Source: Neodothiora populina (taxonomy: Eukaryota). From it: DNA of 64,000 nucleotides. This document shows positions 49,035 to 59,532 of this stretch, one piece after another; the stretch's first letter is position 1; each line of letters starts with the position of its first letter. Both the position numbers and the translations under genes were made by a program. A model generated the notes under the pieces. That model was not told the origin of the DNA. It was given only the letters and a program-made list of their open reading frames with translations, and ran no database searches. The stretch spans positions 1 to 64,000 of the forward strand of contig NW_027191410.1 in NCBI RefSeq assembly GCF_041146345.1, written 5' to 3'.

Positions 49035-49477
49035 CAGTGTTCTCATGCGTTATCTGTTGCCACAATCTGCTCGCATTCGGTGTGCAGATATAGATAGAAG
49101 TGTGCACCGAGCAATCTACTAGGATAGGTCAACCTCTCTGTTACGCAAACAATATTTGTGTATCACAATTCTGCGGAGTCATACTTGTGGTGGGTTGTTC
49201 GCCTCGTTTGGCAGTTTCAAAGGTTTGTGAGTCATTGAATGGCTTGTAGTCTATAGATTCAACCATGTCACCAACCGCTCAGTTGACCGTCGCTTTTGCT
49301 ACAACCATGGAGCCTCGAAGGCATGCTCTCTACAAGGGAATTAATCCACACCTGATCCGCGACATACCATCCTTTTTGAACGAGCTCAGGTGTCTCATCG
49401 TTGAAATGAGGGTGATGTCGAACGTACGGTTTCACCTTTTGCCATACGTCCTCAATTGGGGACAGATCTAGAGACAA
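49035..49477 (-). mobile_element. Tc1/impala-like transposon remnant (3' end of transposase)
   Basis: ORF 49268-49477 SLDLSPIEDVW..WINSLVESMPSRL..DG resembles the SPDLNPIE.W / L..SMP.R C-terminus; TA|CAGTG terminus at 49033-49039. Confidence 0.7.
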
Positions 49478-49882
49478 GGTTTGTTTGAATTATTGATGGT
49501 TGAAGTATTGAGGTCGTTGCATTGGAAGCTGCAATTCGAGGGCACGGATACCTCCGAACTAATTCCTGTCAACCGCGAGACAATTCCTCAACTACCTCCC
49601 CGTCCCTTCTGTAATTGAGGTAATTGAATGGTTGCATTACTTGTATCTCCATACGGTGGTTGGTGGTCGCGTTGCGAGGGGACAGTTAAATGCAGGCTAG
49701 CGTAGTAGCCTAATCGATAACTATTTACATATTGTTTCAACACTATTCTTCCTTTTTTTTAGCACTTTACATAACTATATCGTACACCTCATCATACAGT
49801 CATCACGACCTTTATTGATCTGTTAAGCAGCAAGTCCCGATATCATCAAGTGGGAGTGTTTGATCCATTCCACCTTCTTATT

Positions 49883-51085
49883 ATGCCTGGCGACGACCTA
49901 ATGGAGCATGCGACTTCTTCGCATGACTTTTACGAACTCCTGGGTGTCACCTTCGAGACATCCGAAGCAGACATTCGTCGCGCATACCGCAAGGCTGCTC
50001 TCAAGTACCATCCCGACAAGAACGCCGGGAAGCCAGAAGTCGTCGAGAAGTTTCATCTCCTACAGATCGCCAACGATGTCCTCTCCGACCCGGCGGCCAA
50101 AGCCTTGTACGACAATACCATAAAAGCAAAGCGCGCCAAGGAGGAGCGTGAGCGGGGTTTTTCGGACAAGAGGAAGCAGATGATAGCTGATTTGGAGCGA
50201 CGCGAGAGCGAAGGTCTCAAGCGCAAGCGAGGGGAGGACGAGGACGATCCCGAACTCGCCCGCATCGCAGCAGATGGTGCCAGGAGGGTCCGCGAGCTGC
50301 GGGAGAGGCGGAACAGAGAGATTAGAGAGGAATTGGAAGAATTGGACCGGTTGGACCGTGAGCGGAATGGACAGTCCACGCCTGCAGAACCTGAATCGCA
50401 AGGCGGCACCCAAGTCGACGACGTTGAGCGCTGTGTCAAGGTCAAGTGGGTACGAGAAGGCCTGGGAGCCGATATCGACAAGGATCGCCTGCTCGAGCTC
50501 TTTACCGCTTTCGGCCCCGTAGAGCATGTTCTGCTACTGAAAGACAAGAAAAAGAAACGGGGCGATCGCAAGGTGATGGTCGCTGCTGGAGCCATTGTCT
50601 TTTCCGACGTCGTAGGCGCTTATGCTGCGGTGGAAGAGTACAAGAAACAAACCGCGCCCGAGTTCGCCTTCTTCGACTCGATATACTGGGCTGGCAACAA
50701 AGAGCCGGACTTCCTTCAAAGACCACCATTCACCGACGCACCTGGGTCCAGTGCCGCCCCCTCAACCGCAAACAGTCCTTCGCTGTACGAGTTGACCAGG
50801 ATCGGGTTGAAGATGGCCGAGAAACGGCGGTTGAAGGCACTGTCAAAGGAAACCCCTGAACCGGATGGAGCTCCAGCCACACCTTCGCAGAAGACTGGTG
50901 ATGGGAAGACATCACGACACGTCCCCTCGTTCTCTACCTACAAGAAACCACAGGCCTCTACGCATGAGGAGATGTACGCCGCCAAGTCCAAAGAGGCAGA
51001 ACGACGAGCACTGATAGAGCAGATCAAAGCGGAGGACGCTGCAGAAGACGCTGCAGCAGAGGCCGAGAAGCAAAACGCTGAATAA
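49883..51085 (+). CDS. CWC23: Spliceosomal J-protein Cwc23/Cwf23 (J-domain + RRM)
   Basis: DFYELLG..IRRAYRKAALKYHPDKN; RKQMIADLERRE; RRM-like VKVKW..LLELFTAFGPVE. Confidence 0.85.
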   Translation: MPGDDLMEHATSSHDFYELLGVTFETSEADIRRAYRKAALKYHPDKNAGKPEVVEKFHLLQIANDVLSDPAAKALYDNTIKAKRAKEERERGFSDKRKQMIADLERRESEGLKRKRGEDEDDPELARIAADGARRVRELRERRNREIREELEELDRLDRERNGQSTPAEPESQGGTQVDDVERCVKVKWVREGLGADIDKDRLLELFTAFGPVEHVLLLKDKKKKRGDRKVMVAAGAIVFSDVVGAYAAVEEYKKQTAPEFAFFDSIYWAGNKEPDFLQRPPFTDAPGSSAAPSTANSPSLYELTRIGLKMAEKRRLKALSKETPEPDGAPATPSQKTGDGKTSRHVPSFSTYKKPQASTHEEMYAAKSKEAERRALIEQIKAEDAAEDAAAEAEKQNAE

Positions 51086-51100
51086 GACGAGGATCATTCA

Positions 51101-51624
51101 ACAGAAGCCGCTATTCACTTTTCACGATTACATGAACAAAGATACCCCTTACAGCGATCCTTTTTCAAACAGCTTCCGATCAACCCTGAGGTATAGCAGT
51201 CCACACTCTTTTAGCTAGAACCCATTTTACAGAAACCGACATTCACTTCCCACGATTACATAAACAAAGATACCCCATACAAAGGAGCTCATATTTGGTT
51301 AATGATCCCACAATGAATATGCAATAGCTCCTCCCATGAATGGTCGAATGGTCTTCTATTCTTCGAAGACTCACTAATGACTGATCAATGATTCCTCAAT
51401 AAGTAGTGAACGACTAACGCATGAAATGTCAATGAACCCTTAACGGATTGTAGATGACCACCTAGTGAATGGTCAATGACTGTCTAGTAAGCTGTTGATG
51501 ACTGCTGAGCGAAAAGTCAATGACTGAAAACGAGCTCCTTCATACAGCGATCCTTTTTCAGACAGCGGTCGATCAACCCTGAGATATACCAGTCCACACT
51601 CTTCTAGCTAGATTCTGTTTTACA
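51101..51624. repeat. 128-bp tandem duplication, second copy interrupted by an insertion
   Basis: Copy 1 at 51101-51228; copy 2 at 51229-51281 plus 51547-~51621. Shared blocks: ATTCACTT..CACGATTACAT.AACAAAGATACCCC and TACAGCGATCCTTTTTCA..GATCAACCCTGAG..CAGTCCACACTCTT.TAGCTAGA. Confidence 0.9.
51282..51540. mobile_element. 259-bp MITE-like element with 6-bp TSD (CATACA), 9-bp perfect TIR and internal 11-bp periodic array
   Basis: CATACA|AAGGAGCTC ... GAGCTCCTT|CATACA; empty site CTTACA in duplicate copy 1 (51148-51153). Confidence 0.8.
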
Positions 51625-51672
51625 TGATTATATCCTGTCTAATTCCCCTTTCCATCTCGCCATGTCTTCCAA

Positions 51673-52249
51673 TTACAGGTTCAGGCGAGAGTTGATGGCC
51701 TTACCAGCGAACCAGAGCAGACGAATGCAAGTGACGTTGCCGACCCAGAACAGAACCGAGCGCACGGCGGATGCACCAGCGGTGGTGTTGGTGGCATAGA
51801 CAAAGGTATAGGCGATTCTGCCGAGGGTGTAGATCAGACCGTACTTGTTGACAGTCTGGTTGTCGAGGCCAGCGGCGACGGCGAGACAAAGGGCGGCCAC
51901 GATGTTGGGGTAGTTCTCGATGTTGTTCTGGTGCGCGGCCTCGATCCTCCTGAGGCGGTCGAGCTGGACCTGTGTGATCTTGCCGTCGCGCACGGCACGC
52001 TCCGCTCTCTCGCCCAGGTCACGGCGAGGGGTGATGTTGTTGTCAATGCCGAGGAGCTTTCGCTGCATGCGAGACGAGGAGAAGATGTGAGCGAAGAGGA
52101 AGTTGGCGATCAGGAAATGACCTGCATAATTGGGGATCTGGGCATGCTGGAATGCAGAGGCGGTACGGAGACCGAGGTTTGTCAAGAAATCGGGCCTGAA
52201 CAGGGTCAGAAAGATGGTGTTGACCTTGTAGGTGGTCTGTTACTTACAT
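51673..52249 (-). CDS. MAPEG-family membrane protein; start codon split by intron 52196-52247
   Basis: DNNITPRRDL, RLRRIEAAHQNNIENYP and YTLGRIAY..VRSVLFW motifs; AT|GTAAGT..CTGAC..CAG|G restores MPDFLTNLG. Confidence 0.87.
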
Positions 52250-53374
52250 GTTCGTGTCTTGCCTGAGGCGTCAATGGACTGAATATGGACCGAGGTATTG
52301 AGAACAAGAAACAGGGAGGGCTTGTCTGTCCTTATTGCTTTCGCGACAAACGGTACCGCCTTTTTGCTACAGACTCGACCTCGGTGTCTTGGTGAAACCT
52401 TGTCGTGACGAATTGACGTCATGCATAGCTCTTTCACAGTTAGAGGCAGCAAACCTCTATCTCTAGTAGATACACCAACATCATCACAACAATTCATTCG
52501 GTCATACGACCTTCAGTACCTCAGTCAACTTGATCAACATGATTACGAGCATTCCACGCCAACTGCAACAAGACAACCCTGAAAAAAACACTGATGTGCT
52601 AGCGACGGAGAGAATGTCTATGAAACCTAGCTCTTCTGCTATTATTTGTTGCTGGTGTAAAAACCAGGAAAACTCATCGTCGTGGTCTCGTTCGATTTGA
52701 AGTACTCATTTAGTTTCTCAATAATAAGTATTTATCATGTATCGTGTAATTTGCAAGTACAAGCCCATCTCTACTACGTCACAAATGGCACGGAAATCTT
52801 GGTGCGAAGGACTCAGTCTATAAGTGAACGATCGGGAGACAAAGAGAACAAAGAAAGATATGAGAAGAGTGAATCAAGAGATGACTTACACGATTGCGAT
52901 GGCTCAGATGTTACATTTTGCAGAAAAAGCTATAAACCTACCGGAAAAGACAATTGATGAACAACGCCTGTTGCCCTCAAGGACCCGCTGATGTAACGAC
53001 AATTCGTTAACAGTATACCAAACAGGACTCACTCGTGCTCTCAAATTGTGGCGCGTAAAAGGGGCAGCTGCTTAGAAAAGGAGAAGCACCATGTCTTACC
53101 TTCGCGACAATGCTCGGCGCTGGCAGAACACCGTCCGAATGCTAAAGACCTGTCATGTTCACCCGTCGTCTCCCAGATGTTGAAATGAACGAGGTTCGGG
53201 GGTCCCACAACTACATCGCGGCTTATGTTCGAGAAGATGCTGTCGCGCCTTGATCCTTCCTTCAAGACGTTGAGGTCCAAAGGAGGTTGAAGTACTGGCG
53301 GTGTCGTAGTTTGAGTTTTCGACATATATATCTGCTTGTTGTCAATAACCGCTACGAAGCATCGTCCCATCGAC

Positions 53375-53752
53375 CTACTGAGAGAAGGGCGGTTGGTCGA
53401 AAACGGCTGCATGTCTCCTGACACGCCCATTGAAGTGTCCGCTGTCGAGTTTCTGTACTTGGTCTTCGGTCTGCTTTGAGGTGACAGATTTGTCTTCAGA
53501 CGATGTATCGTTAGAAATAACGGATTCCTGATCACTTCTGCCAGCAGAAGATGACAATGCTTGCGAAGAGTGACCCATGCGGATGCAGCGAGGGCAATAC
53601 TCATACTTTGCGACTACTCCAAGATGCTGACTATCTTCGCATCCTTTGCTGCTTCCAGGCATCGTGTCTGCACGTACGCATCGCTCAATGAAGATCGGGT
53701 CAGTACCGTAGTGCTTGCAGGAGTGATAGAAAGCTTCTTGAATGTAACACAT
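53375..53752 (-). CDS. Small hypothetical protein with N-terminal Cys/His (putative Zn-binding) motif
   Basis: MC-x9-CKH-x10-C-x12-C-x14-CPRC followed by a Ser-rich tail, a pattern common in small fungal proteins. 3' end uncertain. Confidence 0.55.
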   Translation of the reverse strand: MCYIQEAFYHSCKHYGTDPIFIERCVRADTMPGSSKGCEDSQHLGVVAKYEYCPRCIRMGHSSQALSSSAGRSDQESVISNDTSSEDKSVTSKQTEDQVQKLDSGHFNGRVRRHAAVFDQPPFSQ

Positions 53753-54279
53753 GATGAGGCCGGACTCTCAGCCGTGATGAATCTCTCGACTACCTGTCGT
53801 GCTAGATCTCTCGAATCTAGTGGGACAAAGTAAATTAAGTGAATCGAGAAATCCAATACTTATCTGCTGGCCGTGCAACAAAGTAAAGCAACACAGATGG
53901 AAAGTATAGCATCTCACTTCTCGGTATTTATATTTGTGCTGAGTGTGATTGTGAGCATCTTGCATGTCATTGTCAATTTGACAAAGACTTATTTCTTTGT
54001 TGACTTGGAAGAAAAACAAAGCAGTTTCGGCAACTCTCCTTTGTGTTTTCCACCCACTTTCGTAAGGACTGGAAAGCGGGTATGGCTCGAACGTGAGCAC
54101 AGGATGTGTCCAAAAAATGAGACTCTGGAGAGTCTGGTATCGTCAATGAAACCATCGAGATCATGATGCTTGGGCGTAGTGACGAGGTGCCGAGTTCAGT
54201 CGCTCATGGGTGTTGTCCGGTGTTCTTGCCAGCTCATAATCACAGATGTGTCGTCGTACCGATCTCTGAGTCACTTCTC

Positions 54280-55443
54280 TCATGATAACAGCTCCTCGTC
54301 ACCCACTTCGGCGTTGGTATAGCCACCTCTAATGTCTTTCCAAGCCCGCGAGAATATATCCTGCTCTGGTGAATCTTTCCATGCCCATGTGATGCAATAA
54401 TGCCTTCCAAGTAGCTTCCATTCCTCGATCTCATCTAACCATTCTAGGCGCTCGACGCGCTGCCTCTCCAGGTCAGCAAGCCATGCTTCCTCAGCATGAC
54501 CGTAATAGATGTCCTCGATAGACCTGGCACCCTGGCCTGCATCAAATCCAGCTTGCTTCAGCCTAAGTCTCTGCGCAGCTAGACTGTAGTACTTCTTTAC
54601 AGTTCGCAATTCGATGCCCCGTGAACCAAGATTTTGCACCATGGTCTTGCCAAAAGAGTCGTAAGGACGAACAGGCTCATATAGGATGATGCTGGACGGC
54701 CCCTGTAACAACGTTTGAAGGGTAGACAATATTTTGGCAGTTGATTCAGGTGCAATGTAGCAAAGGCAGCACTCGCTCAGTACAAGGGTCGGAAGTTTTG
54801 GGTCAAGATTGGGAAGAGTCGGCAATGTTGACGGAGCTACGAGTTCACGCAGGTCGATAGGGTGGATGTTCAGAGTCGGGCTGTACAGTGCCGTCTTCTC
54901 GGCATTGATTTCAAGCGAGGAAGGCTCGGTCAGAGATTGTGTTATCGTATCTTTCAACAAAGAGGATTGTTGTATAATGGCGATCTTGGTAGCAGTATTA
55001 GAAGCGAAATCAAGCTCATGGTAAACCAAGTTGGGGCGGGCTCTGCGAAGGAAACGTGTATCCGAGCCTGCTCCAAGAGACACTATTTGCTTTCGTTCAC
55101 TCAGATCCGTTGCAAGGAAAGCATCGACAAGGCGGTCGATGCCTGTTGTTCTGACATAAGTGCCTCGATTTATTATGGGATACTTTCGGGGGATGGGTTG
55201 TGTGACGAAGCTCCGAGCAAATTGATCATCTAGATAGTTCAAGGCCACTGCACTCATCCGGGACTGACTTGCGTCGTTGTCTGTCTGCTGAATCACTGCA
55301 TCCCGTTTCGCCTCACTGTCTTGTTGTGTGACCACATGGTCAGGATCGGCAGGAGGACCTCTTCGCCTTGCAAGACCTCTCAAGCCACCACGCTGGCCTC
55401 GCAAGCTGTTTAAATTAGGGATCTGTGAAGCTTGCCCAGACAT
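54280..55443 (-). CDS. PPM1: Leucine carboxyl methyltransferase 1 (PP2A methyltransferase)
   Basis: IQQTDNDA..SRMSAV..YLDD, PIINRGTYVRT, QIVSLGAGSDTR, LSECCLCY, FGKTMVQNL and LDEIEEWKLLGRHYC motifs. Confidence 0.94.
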   Translation of the reverse strand: MSGQASQIPNLNSLRGQRGGLRGLARRRGPPADPDHVVTQQDSEAKRDAVIQQTDNDASQSRMSAVALNYLDDQFARSFVTQPIPRKYPIINRGTYVRTTGIDRLVDAFLATDLSERKQIVSLGAGSDTRFLRRARPNLVYHELDFASNTATKIAIIQQSSLLKDTITQSLTEPSSLEINAEKTALYSPTLNIHPIDLRELVAPSTLPTLPNLDPKLPTLVLSECCLCYIAPESTAKILSTLQTLLQGPSSIILYEPVRPYDSFGKTMVQNLGSRGIELRTVKKYYSLAAQRLRLKQAGFDAGQGARSIEDIYYGHAEEAWLADLERQRVERLEWLDEIEEWKLLGRHYCITWAWKDSPEQDIFSRAWKDIRGGYTNAEVGDEELLS

Positions 55444-56187
55444 TGCAGTAGAGTGAAGAGTAAGTCGGCAGCAGGTGTTATATATATGTATATAACCTCG
55501 GACAATGTTGCTGTCCGGCCCTTGGAAGATCATCGAAGTTGAGGGGCGGTGAACTTGATATAGACGTGGGGGCTTGGCATAGTTTGCCACCGTTCGAGAT
55601 CGGAGTAGTTCACAAAGAGCAAGCACCAGCAATTTCCTCCAAACATAGAGAATACGGAAGGGGTGATGAATTATAGATGGTTACAAGATCTGTCGCAAGG
55701 CTTCAAGTTCATCCAGCCTTCTCGACATTTTCCAGGACCGGTTTTGGATATGAAAAAGTGGAGAAAATTGAGAGAGTGAGAGTATGATCTCAAAGTATTT
55801 GTGTAGATAAGAAACTATCACTACTAGCCAGAGACCGGCAAGAGATTTTCAATCCCCTCGTCAATACTACTATTACCAAGTGTCCCGTCTCCCTCCTACA
55901 AATCTGTACTTAAACTCCCGCCCAAAAGCAAACGCAATGGTGTACACAACATTGAGGTCAATTTCCAGCAGGACAGGGTCCCGCCGAAGGATGACCCCTC
56001 ACTGCAGCCGCAAACACACCCCCACATGACGTATGACTCTTCGAAGCAGGCATCACAGCAACAAAGAAGCGAGTGAAACCGTCCTTTTCTCCAACAATAC
56101 CCTGTGTCTCTGTTTGTTTCCATCTAGCCATCTTTACATGACATATACGCAGCTCACATACTACCGATAAGGAAGGCTGTCATCTGC

Positions 56188-56931
56188 ATGCTAAGAAGGA
56201 GCATCACTACCACCAAGTCGCATCTCTCGCCCATAGCTGTTTACAGTAAAGCAATACCAAGGATATCCAATCACAGCGCCAACAGTCGACAACCTCTAAG
56301 ATTTCAGGGCCATCATCTATTCCGCCCCTTCAGCAGCAACAGCAAAACCCTAGCAAAGATGTCCTCCGACGACGCCTACGCCTCGTTCCTCGAGAAGGCC
56401 AACCAAGACACTTCTTCGTCGACCACGCAACAAGCGAAGAAAGACACGGGCTTCGCGCAGACGAAATCAGTCGACACGGATGTGCCCGCGCAGCTGAAGA
56501 GTGTTACTGGCGAGTCTTCAGAGCTGTTCTACATGTCTGAGACGGATGAGCCGTTCGAGGCTGTTGCACTCGGGTTTGAGAAGGGGGCCGAATTGAGTGT
56601 TGGTCCGTTTCCCTCTTCCACTTTACTCTACCTATTACTGTGATATATTCTTGAATGAACAAGGCTGATTGACTTTCGTACAACAGATGCATTCGCGAAA
56701 CTCATCGGGACAAAAAGCAGCGACATCGAAGAGTCGTCTCTCTCCTCGTGGAACGTAAAAGGCGCATACAACGATGTCGTCGATGCCGTTAAGAAAGCAG
56801 TGGGAGGAGGAGAGGTGGGCATAAAGGTCTTCAGAGTCGCCCATGAAAGCACGAGGTGCGAATATTTCGTCGTCGGCGTCAATTCCCAGGGCGCTGTTGT
56901 CGGTGTCAAGGCCAAGGCTGTCGAGACTTGA
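56188..56931 (+). CDS. NuiA-like (nuclease A inhibitor-like) protein; intron 56603-56686; two in-frame ATGs (56188, 56359)
   Basis: Spliced product ..LFYMSETDEPFEAV..IKVFRVAHESTRCEYFVVGVNSQGAVVGVKAKAVET* resembles cyanobacterial NuiA as recalled. Confidence 0.72.
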
Positions 56932-57919
56932 GTTTGTTTCCTTTGATATGCGTTTAAGATAGGCAAGATCTAGAGCGGGAGGATGGGAGACGGTGCGCCC
57001 CTTCTAAGGACGAAGCGCGTTGATTTTGATGTTGACAAGACAGATCTACTTTTGGATCGTCTGATACCCACTTTACTAATGTCACACGCTGGTTTTTGCT
57101 ACGGCGTAGCAATGACTTCTTGCACTTTGCCTCGACATGATTACCTTGCATGACTGCTTCTCCCGCCAAAATGAAGACTGACCCTCGTCGCAATTTGACT
57201 CTTGCGTCTCAGATACGCGGCACTCTGTATAGAAGTAGGCTCTGATAATTCACCGAGGCTGTATCTGTGCGAAGATCATGCACGATTGACAACCAATTAG
57301 GAGCACAGCACCGCAGATCTCTTGTATATTGCGCGCATTCAAAGTGTCGTATAGCAAGCGCAAGGCAAACACCATTGGCAGAACAAAAATCACGAATATG
57401 ACCACAGTCTGCATACGAGACGCCGCTTGATTGTATTCTAGATGATACGATCACTGGTAGTCACAGGCGGGATCTTGTGTACAGTCCAAATCGTCGCAGT
57501 GGAGACGTGCCTGAGACGGATGATCACTTAATGGGGACGTCTTGGCAAGTTGTCTTTTGATCAACCTCTATTGTTTATTGCGGCTCACATTAGTAAAGTG
57601 TTCAGTACGGAGTATACATGTATGTGACAAAGGATGTATCGTCGTCTCTTCATTTACTTATCGTGCCGACTTAATTCATGACATGCACATCATACGTCTG
57701 TCATCTCATACAACGTCATGTATCATGCGTCTGCATGTGCCATTCCACCAAAGCGCCAAAGAGACAACGTGCCAGCTCAAACCCCACTTCCTGCCCAAAG
57801 TTGTTTTTGGTGATTTAGTAAGGTGGTAATTACCTAAATCACGATTGTCCACCTTTTGATTTAACTCATCATAATTGGACATTTCTCCCAAAGAGGTCGG
57901 ATATAATTAGTTCACACGC

Positions 57920-59286
57920 ATGTCATCATCTTCGGAGAAACCAGAGCCGTCGTCGTCGTCGTCCTTTCCGTTGTTTCAATCGCCTTCTTCCGCACTTCCT
58001 TCCGCTACAACACCTCCTTCTTCTTCCGCATTAGGCAACGCTAGAAACAACAGACACAAACCGCACAAGCACAACGACAGTAGCAGTGTTAACAACAATT
58101 ACGCACTAGAGGACGACGACGACGGAGAACAACAGAAAAGTCCCCACGAGGACCAAAGTGGTCATAAACACGAAAACGACGACAACAACAACAACCACAA
58201 AGCATCAGGTTCACTCTTCAGCCACCTAACCTACCCAATCTCATACACGACATCTGCTCTCCTGCGCCGACTATCAGAAGACTCGGCGCCCACTCCTCTC
58301 GCCCGCGCCCTGAGCGCAAACTATAACGGATCCATGTTCGAGATGCGTTCCTCATCGTCCACAACAGCCACAACGTCATCTCTCTTCAATCCTCCCCATC
58401 GCACACATTCCCCCTTTCAACCTCCGCCTCTGACGCCGCTCACGTTGTCTGGGTACAAGGAAAGCACGGGCGCGAGAGGCAGGCTGCTAAGTCGAGCTCT
58501 AGCGGAGGAGATTCGGTTGTTGGTTCCTTCGAGGTTGCAGCTAGTGGATGAGTGGGAGTTGAGATATAGTCTTGAGCAGAATGGGAGCAGTCTCAAGAGT
58601 CTGTATTCTGCGACTGGGGAATTAAGGGGAAAGAGGGGAGGCTTTGTTGTTGTCGTAAGAGATGGAGGTGGCGGAGTGAGTTCTGCTTTTCATCCACCAG
58701 AAGAAGAAAACCAAAAATCTAACAAAATCTTGCCTAGATCTTCGGCGTCTACCTCTCAGACGCACCCTACCCACAAGCGCACTACTACGGCACCGGCGAG
58801 TCCTTCCTCTGGCGCGCGTCTCGACTCCCTAACCTTCCAGACCTCTCATCGCTACCCCCGCCCCCATCAGCCGACACGACGAACATGACACGCAGCACGA
58901 CCATCGGCGCGCACCTGTCCCGAAACTCATCCTCTGCGTCGTTCGCATCCCTGAGCAAACACCCTGATAATACGAAATCATCGTCATCGTCAACAGGAGG
59001 CGGAGGAGCAGGAAGCAACAGCACAGGGAACACAGAAGGCACTAACACGCCCGAGAGGATACGGTTCAAAGCCTTCCCTTACACCGGCGAGAATGACTTT
59101 GTGCTGCTTTGCCAGCAAGGGTTTTTATCTGTAGGTGGTGGAGATGGAAGGTATGGGTTATGGCTCGATGACACGCTGGCTCGGGGGATCAGTAGTCCGT
59201 GTCCGACTTTCATGAATGAGAAATTGAGTGATGAGGGGGAGAAGTTTGGCGTGTTAGGGGTAGAGGTTTGGTATCTCGGTGCTTGA
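57920..59286 (+). CDS. OXR1: Oxidation resistance protein 1 (TLDc domain; 1 intron)
   Basis: [45 protein letters not shown] and [28 protein letters not shown] motifs. Confidence 0.93.
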
Positions 59287-59532
59287 GCAGCCCTTTTGGC
59301 AAGGAGGATAGACGATGGGAAGGAAAGGGATATCCAGAGAGTCGAGATTCTCTATTCTTCTCTTTCTCTCAATCAGGAACCAAATACATTGGCTGAAAGT
59401 CTCCCAACAAGAGAGTAACTAATTGTTTCTATACATTGATGGCATATTTATCTTTTATTTTTGAGACGGATCGGACTTAATCACGGTGCCGAACCCCTAA
59501 GTGAAGCCGGTGAATGGAGACACAAACACCAC

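Noticed and set aside
51299..51527. Periodic repeats as a CRISPR-like array
   Set aside because: Eukaryotic context, 11-bp degenerate units with no repeat-spacer structure, and no cas genes.
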